Shown one piece after another: positions 56,001 through 64,000 of a DNA stretch of 64,000 nucleotides. The stretch's first letter is position 1, and each line of letters begins with the position of its first letter. The stretch comes from an uncultured archaeon (GTDB lineage Archaea; Iainarchaeota; Iainarchaeia; Iainarchaeales; JAAZKV01), in NCBI GenBank assembly GCA_964534045.1, contig CAZHNO010000001.1:129786-193785 (forward strand), written 5' to 3'. The notes under the pieces are model-generated. The model was not told the DNA's origin. It searched no databases and worked only from the letters and a program-made list of their open reading frames with translations. The position numbers were made by a program, and so were the translations under genes.

Positions 56001-57080
56001 AATTCTGGAAATAAATATATTGCATTAGAAGCATACATAAAAGCATTAGAAAAAGCTAGTGACATTACTCAAGTGCCAACTTCAGCAACACAAATAGACA
56101 TAGTAAATTGTGCACAATACAATCCAATAAAGAAAGAACTGCTTGAAAAAATTGCTAATGGAACACCAAGAGTTGTAAAATTAATAAAAGTAGGAAAAAC
56201 AACTTATGACACTAATGAACAAAATGCAATTTATGTAAGAAACAATAATTTATTAGAAATAACTAAATTAGCACAATTCAATAAAATTTATAACAAGCCA
56301 TTATATTTAACGGCAGAAGATAAAGTAAATGATTTAGAAAGTGGTTTATTAGATAAATTTAATGCTTATCCAAAAGGATTTGAAACAACAATCAATGGAA
56401 GAACAGGACCAGCAATATACAATGCAAACATTGATGGAATAATATTAGAAATAAAAGACAAAACTGATGCAAGCATTATAGTTGAATTAAGTGATAAAAA
56501 TGAATACAAAAAATCATCAAACAATATACTATTGACAAAAGCATTTAACATTGCAGAAATAAATAAATCAAACAGCAAAGCAAACGAAGCAATAATTATT
56601 GATGAAACTGGATACTATGTAAGAACACCAGTTGTGTTAACAGCAACATTACATGCATCTGAACCAACAATAAGTTACACAAATGGAATCTCAGCAGCTG
56701 ATTCAAGTTTAATAAAATGGAACATGAGTGGAAAAATAATCTCTGATACAAAAACTGGAAATGATTATTTAGTTGATGTTGGAACAAGTTCTGTTGCAAG
56801 AACACTAAAAGGAATATATTATTATCCAGAAAATGGTGCATTAATTTTCACAACTGAAAACAAAGACGGAGTTAGAATAAATGCAGAAGCAAAAGTATTC
56901 AACTCGGGACAAAATGCTAGCACATCAACTGCAAATGTAAAAACAGATGATATTGAATTAAACTTAACAATGCCAACATTAAAAGAAATAATTGACTTAG
57001 TGAAAAAGAATGATTATGCTTGTGTTGCTGAAGAAGGAAAAAGCATTATTTGGAATGAAAATGAGATTTTGGCGAAGTGA
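50007..57080 (+). CDS. Giant membrane-anchored surface protein 3 (2357 aa); probable true start at 50052
   Basis: From Met-16 (MVDLKGAYFSLEDKWYSFVDKVSDKLPFFGKVVDKIEEKNIPSF) it carries the conserved N-terminal motif and a TM helix, then CarboxypepD_reg-like repeats (LTIAIYDENGNPIDSAEVSVFLDG etc.). The 50052 start aligns with the giant 2 and giant 4 N-termini. Confidence 0.8.
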   Translation: MKVIIYSEQVIGVLTMVDLKGAYFSLEDKWYSFVDKVSDKLPFFGKVVDKIEEKNIPSFPVAIAIVIVLILVILFLLSGTGQALTIAIYDENGNPIDSAEVSVFLDGKLVDSRPTTTDGKVTFFLADAGYTIKIDKDGFVSITKENIRPAQYAEEFTLSKDDVALTRAISLKSATGQLVSGTGIVMYTCTDTGEQKVGNYSNGSFKADFSDCSQIRIDSISGYTIVSGIATISNTNNIVLEAIDTQTGTITVSVSGDGSLAGVRVTINGEDGTPVETKTLGEGGVITFENAPTKKYFVSVHDPNGKFKGYQGNTLGEIKELRKNETISFNLVLEKTVSATITVNVKDFDNSAPIIGAEVRLLSKSTQETIDTEITGITGQIIFNVPANSEYLVSTEHPEYIIGTSQNATSNDIINFNLIKATEANSQTLKVKVVDPQGKPIDNVKISLKKLDDIKVGDKTTGADGIAEFYNLEITSYYAYAIKEGFAGVTSNAVQVLPRRENILPIIIDIGNGEIKLSVVDEALGIMPGVNVKAINYFTKEVEEEQTTSQTGEASFTLREDKKIYFIVSAAGYPEYYTTTMNPDSDSTIERMVQLERSTDSVKVKIIGIYSGDSEIGAERIVGQGRYIVKAVVEVPKGTFSEAGFHLRTGKATENTINLMEEDLAKLGNVYSSAQTTTKGTTYSPPNNYAVDSVNLTSGTAKWIEAKWKNPQEGIYEIETELIIDDVNPNSGINLWYRAYAKGASTLRSPTNSNSGHELYASANNYLLVSGATNLCKESFCVSKEVTTQTGTNAGRVQYISNKISASKNTIYTLKANLISRKVINGAVLEIEGKGIQIQEILVNGLEKEDSTSLGTLGKDSFTEIEITFEAISSGTGSLKLKINSSSTTELEENIIVDVKANKKFNLDIIPKQIIPYVNNTMFFEVTDGNDSIKDVLIQIKSNNDVLETIETGSEGLAQYELSSPSIGDIITITASKENYDTIEITKAVDERLLIITPPEISETIKIGETASIETTIILENATAEKLLIDRFNLSGELSSYLDISLNNIEGTSIDVEKDANHILKIKPNATAKKLREPKTITGTIEIITKVDGTNQSYSSELPISVRLSMPGYLDSDKCLKITPGSLEYNTSTSEVTQSVEVENSCTAEGIKVNLFEMEAKLNEVSKFGTINVSGVGFMNTSIGDSYSKIADIFENGSKETLSIRFNPNASLSSGKQTLTMMVRAKNNTEDGEETIETKITLNISMSNLSKCIEVEEPADGIVLDVAGWNMGYNRIINSNLSSYAQTYQGFTNRGQQSMPYGMQQALPFMGKGGSEYEQDRFIIKNNCAVDVEIDLDPDSRINVNEEKFTISANSDATVTVSPGYTLGKYNVGVNAKIVDSTESHYKVDSVSVTVRRLGEIDSECIKTNVSKLTFNSFLYKAEKYKVYNYCYNSGVMLARNNAVSIQCDSPTPAQGTAVPYMQVGMEQIYANQYPITNTYQSYNSYLQPQGCGTNSCSFIAGTRTFNYRLLDQSGGVEELTFEVLPSSQYLPQRRLFDSQRNTYGFFQNLADIRQWATETDARTEVYGNLNVQYSNQYGSTQCMSFPITIEDNWRMLESIDSAINWGDPNAKPQECVGSEEKKALDIVRYWVERGNGKGAIPDSEYRENGVYLHLAEPPAVNIGPSPTNTTYYPQYSGTKGTSSAKNCGLLDSLSDLKYSTDFGGVVIGVETLKKGSLMGNTLGPNLAVSIDRTGIQYSCVYINTTVSAKLRRAINLETAEITWPLKAIVTRPGYVIPSGFKPETDCYNVGTGELDCELLARQYIKKGYKEFIKAYSQCAQSITEEYMKELAKEQTFEGACTTDSTEYGFDKINKTSAEEISTSDAKTYCQENFCNNDMLQLFLLDKYKTLKEKLNNFAGIESQVNSVESNLKLSEIYKLAPTKDLNTCEKTEKYYSGTSDVYIEVDIEKFINEKSWKDSVLNDTPTSDSRPSLVSMMTILNNLKNTDTHKEYFILYNNSGNKYIALEAYIKALEKASDITQVPTSATQIDIVNCAQYNPIKKELLEKIANGTPRVVKLIKVGKTTYDTNEQNAIYVRNNNLLEITKLAQFNKIYNKPLYLTAEDKVNDLESGLLDKFNAYPKGFETTINGRTGPAIYNANIDGIILEIKDKTDASIIVELSDKNEYKKSSNNILLTKAFNIAEINKSNSKANEAIIIDETGYYVRTPVVLTATLHASEPTISYTNGISAADSSLIKWNMSGKIISDTKTGNDYLVDVGTSSVARTLKGIYYYPENGALIFTTENKDGVRINAEAKVFNSGQNASTSTANVKTDDIELNLTMPTLKEIIDLVKKNDYACVAEEGKSIIWNENEILAK

Positions 57081-57086
57081 TGCCAA

Positions 57087-57584
57087 ATGGATCAAAAAGC
57101 ACTAGCACTTTTGCTACTATCATTAATATCACTATTACTAACTTTCGCATATACATTCCTAAATCCAATGTACAATCCATTTGGAACTAACCCATTAACA
57201 ATATTAGTAATAATTTTTTTTATTTTCGGAGCAGTTGGATTTGGTTTTTTATCATTTATTCCCCATGCAATACTTGGCTTATCACTGGGCTCACAAAAAA
57301 ACTCAATAATATTCATATACATAATTCCAATTGTTATTGCAACTTATGCAGGATTAAAATTAGGTTCAATTTTATTAGATGATTTTATGAATAAAAAATA
57401 TTTTTTAGAAGAAATCAAACCAATAATCATAATGTTTGCTATTGCAATTATTATAGCAATTTCAATAGAAGCACTAATGCCATACATAATGAATACGCAA
57501 TTTTGGCCAGAGGATTTCTTTGGAATGAAAATAACTGAAGGCGAAAATCTAGCAAATATCTTTGAACAACTAAAACAAGCATAG
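57087..57584 (+). CDS. Small polytopic membrane protein (165 aa)
   Basis: It has 4-5 TM helices and lies immediately downstream of giant 3 on the same strand. No GxGD motif is present, so it is not an obvious prepilin peptidase. Confidence 0.45.
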   Translation: MDQKALALLLLSLISLLLTFAYTFLNPMYNPFGTNPLTILVIIFFIFGAVGFGFLSFIPHAILGLSLGSQKNSIIFIYIIPIVIATYAGLKLGSILLDDFMNKKYFLEEIKPIIIMFAIAIIIAISIEALMPYIMNTQFWPEDFFGMKITEGENLANIFEQLKQA

Positions 57585-57651
57585 TGCTTAGAAAAGTATA
57601 TAAATAACGGAAGATTAGTTATTTACAGTTATTAAGTTAAGTGATTAAAAA

Positions 57652-60600
57652 ATGGGCTTTGGGGACAAACTTAAAGATATCTACTTCGCGGGCGAAGAAA
57701 AATGGTACAATACACTTGACAAAATAGATGAGCATTTACCAATATACAAAATTGTTGATAGAGTAGATGAAATTGTTCCCAGTTTTGCATTACTAATTGT
57801 GCTTGTTATAATATTATTATTGCTGTTTGGTTTGAGTTTATTTGCAATAGGACAACAAGAAGCCGTGCTAAAAATAACAGTTGTAAATAATGATGGTGCT
57901 GGAATAAGCGGAGCAAAAGTCAGCCTTGAAGGAATTGAAGAAACTTTTTATTCAAATGATTTTGGTTTAATACAAGATATTATTGTGCCATATGGTTACA
58001 CAATAAGTGTTACTGCAGAAAAAGATGGAAAGAAAAAAACTCTCCCAGTAAAAATATCTTTTATTGAAACAAATCATGAAATAATTTTGCCAGTAGATAT
58101 TATAAGTTTTAGTTCAAAAACAGTACAATTTCTTTCAGAAGATGGAACATTAATTACTGATCCTTTAACATTAAATTATTCTTGTTCAGAAGGAACTGCT
58201 CCACAAAGCGAAACAATCTATGATGGAACAGCAAATATTTCAGTACCAGCAAATTGCGGAGCACTATCACTAACAATCACATCAACAAAATATGAAACAA
58301 AGATAACACCAATAACAAATGCTTCAACAACAATAATTCTTACAGAAACTCAACCAAAAGAAACTGGAAAGGCTTACATAACACTTGAAAGTGGCGGTGT
58401 AAAAGTAACTGAAGAAATTGAAGTAATGGCTTACAAAGCAGACATGCCTTACTTACCTGAAGAAACAGTTACTGCTGAAAATGGAATAGCAACTTTTACT
58501 ATAACAGAAGGAGATTATATTTTCAAAACAAAACAAATGCTAGGATACAAACAAGGAACAACAAGCAGAGTAAGTGTGAGTAGCACAACTGCATTAAATG
58601 AAACAATTGAATTAGAAAAAAGTATTCTTGGAAAAATTAGTGTGAAAGTAAAAAGAGGAACAATTAATTTTGAAGATGCTTTAGTAACAATAAGAAAAAC
58701 AACAGAACTAGCAAGAGATGAAACCGATTATAATGGAATAGTAGAATTTGAAGTTGCTGAACAAGGTCCATTCATAATTACTGCAACAGCAGAAGGATAT
58801 TGTGATGAATCAAAAAGTGCTAATGTTGGAGACACAGTAGAATTATCAATGAAACTAGATAATGGTTCTTGTGGAAGTGAATTAAAAGTAAAAGTTGTTG
58901 ACCAAGATAACAAACCAATACAATATGCAAGAGTAATATTATTCGGAGAAACAAGTGAAGATGCTTACAAATTAAGTTATACAGATAAAATCACTGATTA
59001 TAATGGACAAACAAGTTGGAATCCAGTGAAGTATGCAGAAGAAGGAGAAAAATACAAAGTGTTTGCTTACAAAGGAGATTATTCAGGATGGAGTGAAGCA
59101 TTTACTTTTGATGCAATACGAAGCGAAGAAGAAATTTTGATAAGAGTTGAATTACCACTTGGTTTAGTAAATGTAAATGTAAGTGATAGAGATGGTTTGC
59201 CAGTAAAGTTTGCCGAAGTGCAATTATTTGAAGCACATGGAAATAATAAAGTAACAGGAAAAAAATTAACTGAAGTAAACGGAGCAATAACATTTAGTGT
59301 AAAAGCAGGACAAAAAGTTTATGCAGTAGTACAAAGCGAAGGATATGAAAGTTATATGGCAATGCCATTAGAAGTAAAAGGAAATGGAACAATAAACTTT
59401 GATGTAACATTAGGAAAGCCACCAGCAGAAGAATTAGTTGTTAACCCACTAGGATTATTCAAAAATGATTCAAAGGTATTGAGAGCACAACCAGGAGAAG
59501 AATATTTAGCTAAATTTGAAATTATTGCTCCAATAAGATATTCAGAACTAGGATTCTTTGCAAGAGCAGGAAAAGAAAATATTACAAAAACAGAATTAGA
59601 TAAACTTTATATTAAAGAATTAATTGCACCCGGAGAAAAAGTTTATGATAATTATGAAATAGATGAAGAAACATTGTACGGAGCGACATACAATCCACCA
59701 AATGGATATAGCATAGAATCAGATTACTTGAATTTAGAAGAAAGCAAATGGGCACAAACAGTATGGACAGAAAATGGTTATGTTGTTGGAAAAATAATTG
59801 TTGGAGTAAAAATAAAAATTAGGGAAAATGCAAAACTAAATGAACAACTTGAATTAGGGTATAGAGTTTGGGGAATTGATGATGGTTATGAAAGAGACCC
59901 GGTTGATAATTTATTAGGAACAAGTCAAAGCAATTCAAACAAACAAGCGTTATATGCATCAACAAAAACAATGTATATATGGGTTGGAGTAGAGTCTTTG
60001 TGTGAAACACAAGGAGAAAATTCTTTCTGTATAACATCAACAATAACAGATGAGGATTTAATAACAACAAGCTTTGATACAACAGTTGATTTACAAAACA
60101 ATGCTGAATATGATTTAGCAATAAAAGTGTATAATAATTCTGAAAGAAATTTTGATGTATCAAAAATCAAATTTGAAAACACAGAAGAAAATTTACTATT
60201 AAAAAATTACTCAATGATAAAACCAAATGGTTCAGTATCAACAGGAACAATAAATGATTATTTAACTGATTGGATTGACACAGGAGAATACAAGAAACAC
60301 ACTGAAATACAAATAACTTCAATGAAAATAACTCCACAAAAAACAGGTTATGCCCCATTATTATTAAAATTAAGAGATACTTCAACAATACTATTTGAAA
60401 AAATATTCAATATTAATGTAACTTCTGATAAGAAAATGAATGTTCAATTCTTATATGATAATGAATATCAAGATGCTGTTCCAAAAATAATTTCAGGACA
60501 AAAACAAAACTTAACACTAAGAGTAAAAAATACTGCAAATGGTTTAGAAATAAGTGATGCTTTTGTAAAATTATATGATAGGTTCGGAACAAAACTAGCA

Positions 60601-63600
60601 GAAAAACAAACTAATTCAATTGGAATAGTAACAATAGAAATACCAGCTTCATTACCTGGAGAAAAATTAAAATTAAATGTTGAAAAAGCAGGTTATGAAA
60701 CAAAAATAATTGATTTTGCTATAAGCGAAGATGTTGTTGATGTTAGTCCTGAAACATTAAGCTTTACTGTGAATCCCCAAACACAACCAGAAGACACAAA
60801 AACTGTGAAAATAGAAAACAAAACAGGTTTTGAACTAACAATTAAAGAAATAAAATATGTTGGAAAAACAAAAGGATTATTGAGCGAAAAACAAATGGAA
60901 TCATGGTTTGATTTACAAAAGGGCGTTAAAATTGCAATGAATGACTATGAAGAAATTGATTTCAAAGTAATTTCAGCAAATGTAATACCTTCAGCAGATG
61001 ATTTAGAAGGAGTATTCCAAATTATAGTAACAAATGGTGTAAAGAGTTGGGTAAAAGAAATTGACACAAAAATTAGAGTTGGATTAGGACAAGATGTGGA
61101 TAATCCATCTTGTTTAGAATTAACACAAACTTCATGGAAGGCTTCAACACAAGGAGAAGAAATAGAATTAGCATTTGAAATTAATAATAATTGTAGAGCA
61201 GAAGGAACACCAGTAAACTTGAAAAATCTAGGAGCGAAATTAGAACCTAGTGGAAATACTGTTGGAAGCTTTTCAGCAACAACAACCGGAGCATACACTG
61301 CATTGAGCAGAGGATATACTCGTGTATTTAAAACAAGTGTTGCAGGCGAAGAAACAACACCAGTAATATTAAGATTCACTCCATATGGCGGAGCAAATGG
61401 AACAACAACTGGAACAATTACATTTGAAGCAATAAATAAAACAGATTCAACAGACCAAATAATTAGTGCAACAATAGATTATTCATTGAACATAATTGAT
61501 TCAAGTTGTTTAGTAATTGGTGCAGATTTAGTAAAGGTACCTGATGAAGGAAGTGCATCATTCAGTATTACAAACAATTGTCCTGAAAGTGCAAGCATAC
61601 AAATAGAATCATCACTAGAATTAAGTGATAAAATATTTACACTAAGTCCTAACGAATCAAAAGACACAACAATAACAAGAAACGAAGGAGACATTCCAGG
61701 AGCTTACAATAATTTAGTTTATGGAAGAATTGGAAATCAAAAACAACAACTAATAGGAAATGTAAAAGCAATACTTGACGCTGATCCAAACTCATGCTTC
61801 TCACTTTCACGATATGAATATGATGTTTATGATTCACCATACAACGAATTTGATGGAACAGACACGGGATATTTAAGAAATTCATGCACACAAAAAAATG
61901 TAACAGTAGAAGTAACAGGACAACACGACTTTGACTGGGATAAAGTATTGAGAGACATGCTTGTAGGTGCGGTTGCTGGCTTTGTAACAAGCGGAGAGTT
62001 AACACCTTGGGATGATAAATTATTCAAAATATTTGATGGAAACAAAAGCTTAAACAAAAAAAATGCTGAAGCAAAAACACTACTAAAACAAAATTTGAAT
62101 TATGATTTTGCTCAATCAAAATCAATAATGGCCGATGGAATTACATTAATTGACGGAAATATTAATGCATTGAAAGCTAAAAATGATAATTTAATAACAA
62201 AGGCAACTGCAAAGAAGAGTGAACAAGCTAGTAATGCGCCTTGCCAAGACTGCCTTGCAAAATTCATTAGTGCTTTGGAAGCTAACAATGCATACTTAGA
62301 AGACAAGTCACAAAGTGCACACAGAAGATATACTGAATTAGGAGATGAATTTGATGACAAGGTAACTGAATTACAGACTGGTCTAGAAAATTTATATTTA
62401 CAAGCAAGCAGAGACATTGATGCTGGAAAAGAAGCAAACGAGAGTCTAAAAGAAAAATATAACATTAAGAGGACTCAATTAATAAGAGATTTCAATGCTG
62501 AAGTTAACAGAATAAATAATGAAATTACAACAATGGTAAACGATATAAACAAAAGTATTGGAGTTGAATGGAAAAACAAGGTTGATACAATTGCAAATAA
62601 AACTTGTTTGACAACAACATGTAAGAATGCACAAGCTCCTGCTCAACCAACTGCAGATGAGATTTCAACAGAAATTGCAAAAGCTAATCCAAAAATTGAA
62701 AGTCCACCAAAAGCAAATGGTGCTGACAAAGTTGAAGCAACAATCGGCACAACATCAAGCAGTGGCACACCAAACCAGACATTTTCAAGTGAAGAACAAT
62801 TAAACTCTACAAAAGCAGCTGATAAACAAAAATGCGTTACAAATAGCGGAAGTTATATTGCAGATTCATATGCTGGGCTTAACAAAACTATTGAAGCAAC
62901 TTGTGCATTGCCACCTGGAAGAATAGATATTTCTGATAGTTTAAGAATTACAACAGGGGTTTGTTGTATAAATGAAACGGAGAATCAAGTTGCCACTCCT
63001 GCTAATCAAACTCCTTCTCAACGATATATTGTGGTAAAAAATGATGGGCAGTATTATAATGATCTTGTTTCAAGCAACAAGAATGATTATTATATTTATG
63101 ATACTCAAACTAAAAAATATTATATTAACCCTGATACCAGTGCACCAGTAACACGCCCAGCTACAAACCAAGATGTTTTAATAAACCAAGTTGCTCAACT
63201 GAATTCATCTGCTGGAACAGCAGGCTTCATCCTAGCAACTAACATGGCTACTGGTTCAGGAAATAGTGGTTTCAATATTAGTAATGCTTTGACTTATAAT
63301 TTAGTAAATATTGCTGCTGGAAGTATGGGCGGAAGTGCTTTAGGTGGAGCATTATTAACAGGCGCACTAAGTATATTGCAAGGACAAAATTTAGATATAT
63401 TATATAATGATACTTTTACTGTTGCCCTAGTAGAAATAATTGGTGTTTCTTTACAAAGTGAAGGCGGAGTAAGTATGAGTGTTGGGGAAACAACTTATGA
63501 TTATGATGATTATTATTCAAGCGGTTCAGCAAATCAAACTGCTACAACAACAAACACAAATTACACTACGTCCCAAACAGGATACAATTATAATGCAAGT

Positions 63601-64000
63601 GCAATGAGTGCAACAATTGGCTTAACCGAAATAAGAGAATTAACTTTCGCTGGAGGACAAACAACTGACACTCCATACAAACCATTTGAAGGAATCATTA
63701 CTGTTACAGGAGAAGAAAAAGTATATAATACTGATTACAAATATGATGACATTTTGAAAGCAGCAAAAGAAAGAGAAGAATATGAAGATGATGAGGGCAA
63801 TTGGTTTGAAGAAATAATTAATCCAACACAACCAACTCTAGCTGATATGACAACAGAAGATTTAACAGTGAGTGAAACGAGAGCTTATGAAAAGAAATTC
63901 CATGTATTATTTAATAGCTTTGAATATGTTGAATGTGGACCAAAAACTTATCCTTGTCAACCAACTCAAATAAACAATTGTACAGTTGGAAACAAAACAG
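57652..64000 (+). CDS. Giant membrane-anchored surface protein 4 (more than 2116 aa, 3' end beyond the window)
   Basis: The ORF was hand-translated from the ATG at 57652 and stays open to the window end. The N-terminus MGFGDKLKDIYFAGEEKWYNTLDKIDEHLPIYKIVDRVDEIVPSF plus a TM helix matches giants 2 and 3. CarboxypepD_reg-like repeats follow (LKITVVNNDGAGISGAKVSLEG, LKVKVVDQDNKPIQYARVILFG). Confidence 0.75.
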   Translation, partial: MGFGDKLKDIYFAGEEKWYNTLDKIDEHLPIYKIVDRVDEIVPSFALLIVLVIILLLLFGLSLFAIGQQEAVLKITVVNNDGAGISGAKVSLEGIEETFYSNDFGLIQDIIVPYGYTISVTAEKDGKKKTLPVKISFIETNHEIILPVDIISFSSKTVQFLSEDGTLITDPLTLNYSCSEGTAPQSETIYDGTANISVPANCGALSLTITSTKYETKITPITNASTTIILTETQPKETGKAYITLESGGVKVTEEIEVMAYKADMPYLPEETVTAENGIATFTITEGDYIFKTKQMLGYKQGTTSRVSVSSTTALNETIELEKSILGKISVKVKRGTINFEDALVTIRKTTELARDETDYNGIVEFEVAEQGPFIITATAEGYCDESKSANVGDTVELSMKLDNGSCGSELKVKVVDQDNKPIQYARVILFGETSEDAYKLSYTDKITDYNGQTSWNPVKYAEEGEKYKVFAYKGDYSGWSEAFTFDAIRSEEEILIRVELPLGLVNVNVSDRDGLPVKFAEVQLFEAHGNNKVTGKKLTEVNGAITFSVKAGQKVYAVVQSEGYESYMAMPLEVKGNGTINFDVTLGKPPAEELVVNPLGLFKNDSKVLRAQPGEEYLAKFEIIAPIRYSELGFFARAGKENITKTELDKLYIKELIAPGEKVYDNYEIDEETLYGATYNPPNGYSIESDYLNLEESKWAQTVWTENGYVVGKIIVGVKIKIRENAKLNEQLELGYRVWGIDDGYERDPVDNLLGTSQSNSNKQALYASTKTMYIWVGVESLCETQGENSFCITSTITDEDLITTSFDTTVDLQNNAEYDLAIKVYNNSERNFDVSKIKFENTEENLLLKNYSMIKPNGSVSTGTINDYLTDWIDTGEYKKHTEIQITSMKITPQKTGYAPLLLKLRDTSTILFEKIFNINVTSDKKMNVQFLYDNEYQDAVPKIISGQKQNLTLRVKNTANGLEISDAFVKLYDRFGTKLAEKQTNSIGIVTIEIPASLPGEKLKLNVEKAGYETKIIDFAISEDVVDVSPETLSFTVNPQTQPEDTKTVKIENKTGFELTIKEIKYVGKTKGLLSEKQMESWFDLQKGVKIAMNDYEEIDFKVISANVIPSADDLEGVFQIIVTNGVKSWVKEIDTKIRVGLGQDVDNPSCLELTQTSWKASTQGEEIELAFEINNNCRAEGTPVNLKNLGAKLEPSGNTVGSFSATTTGAYTALSRGYTRVFKTSVAGEETTPVILRFTPYGGANGTTTGTITFEAINKTDSTDQIISATIDYSLNIIDSSCLVIGADLVKVPDEGSASFSITNNCPESASIQIESSLELSDKIFTLSPNESKDTTITRNEGDIPGAYNNLVYGRIGNQKQQLIGNVKAILDADPNSCFSLSRYEYDVYDSPYNEFDGTDTGYLRNSCTQKNVTVEVTGQHDFDWDKVLRDMLVGAVAGFVTSGELTPWDDKLFKIFDGNKSLNKKNAEAKTLLKQNLNYDFAQSKSIMADGITLIDGNINALKAKNDNLITKATAKKSEQASNAPCQDCLAKFISALEANNAYLEDKSQSAHRRYTELGDEFDDKVTELQTGLENLYLQASRDIDAGKEANESLKEKYNIKRTQLIRDFNAEVNRINNEITTMVNDINKSIGVEWKNKVDTIANKTCLTTTCKNAQAPAQPTADEISTEIAKANPKIESPPKANGADKVEATIGTTSSSGTPNQTFSSEEQLNSTKAADKQKCVTNSGSYIADSYAGLNKTIEATCALPPGRIDISDSLRITTGVCCINETENQVATPANQTPSQRYIVVKNDGQYYNDLVSSNKNDYYIYDTQTKKYYINPDTSAPVTRPATNQDVLINQVAQLNSSAGTAGFILATNMATGSGNSGFNISNALTYNLVNIAAGSMGGSALGGALLTGALSILQGQNLDILYNDTFTVALVEIIGVSLQSEGGVSMSVGETTYDYDDYYSSGSANQTATTTNTNYTTSQTGYNYNASAMSATIGLTEIRELTFAGGQTTDTPYKPFEGIITVTGEEKVYNTDYKYDDILKAAKEREEYEDDEGNWFEEIINPTQPTLADMTTEDLTVSETRAYEKKFHVLFNSFEYVECGPKTYPCQPTQINNCTVGNKT

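Noticed and set aside
1-64000. Search for CRISPR arrays, rRNA and tRNA genes
   Set aside because: No regularly spaced direct repeats were seen. The intergenic regions are short and AT-rich, with no GC-rich cloverleaf-sized segments. A tRNAscan/Infernal run would be needed to exclude small ncRNAs definitively.

Overview
This is a visibly AT-rich, densely coding 64 kb window. The gene content looks archaeal, and is most consistent with a small-genome DPANN-like episymbiont. That is inference from three things: an archaeal-type ProRS, a PAC2 proteasome-assembly chaperone, and many class III (archaeal prepilin-like) signal peptides with Q at +1.

Two themes dominate.

(1) There is a type IV pilus / archaellum-like (Tad/Epd-like) assembly apparatus present in two copies.
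- Set 1 has a FlaI/TadA-family ATPase at 101-1519 plus two separate T2SS-F platform proteins at 3146-4984.
- Set 2, on the minus strand, has an unusually large FlaI-like ATPase at 24903-27200 and an 813-aa polytopic platform-like protein at 22396-24837.
- Downstream of set 2 are a pilin-like protein fused to a cysteine-rich module and an FGE-sulfatase-like domain (20446-22335), and a run of five pilin-like genes (16778-12575).
- That operon appears to have been split by a ~3.5 kb insertion, bounded by 18-bp direct repeats. The insertion carries a SWIM/DDE transposase, a small RHH protein, a C5-cytosine DNA methyltransferase and a convergent candidate restriction endonuclease.
- A further pilin-like gene is translationally coupled to a GLUG-repeat surface protein at 27370-29873.

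(2) There is an array of giant membrane-anchored surface proteins.
- One 1477-aa secreted protein on the minus strand (5884-10317) ends in a tripartite motif-TM-KKKK tail that resembles a sortase/archaeosortase sorting signal.
- Four tandem plus-strand giants follow: 2729 aa, 2827 aa, 2357 aa and more than 2116 aa, the last running off the window end.
- Three of the four share a conserved about 45-aa cytoplasmic N-terminal motif (EDKWY...LP...IPSF), followed by a signal-anchor TM and repeated Ig/CarboxypepD_reg-like beta domains.
- A pilin-like 485-aa protein and small membrane proteins are interleaved with them.

I found no rRNA, tRNA or CRISPR array by eye, and no recognisable prepilin peptidase (no GxGD membrane protein) in the window.

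The candidate undescribed system is the physical coupling of a duplicated pilus-assembly machine, enzyme-fused and adhesin-fused pilins, and a giant-adhesin array sharing a private N-terminal signal. This is plausibly a host-attachment or cell-cell interaction apparatus. All functional calls rest on motif-level reading of the translations. None could be verified by database search here.
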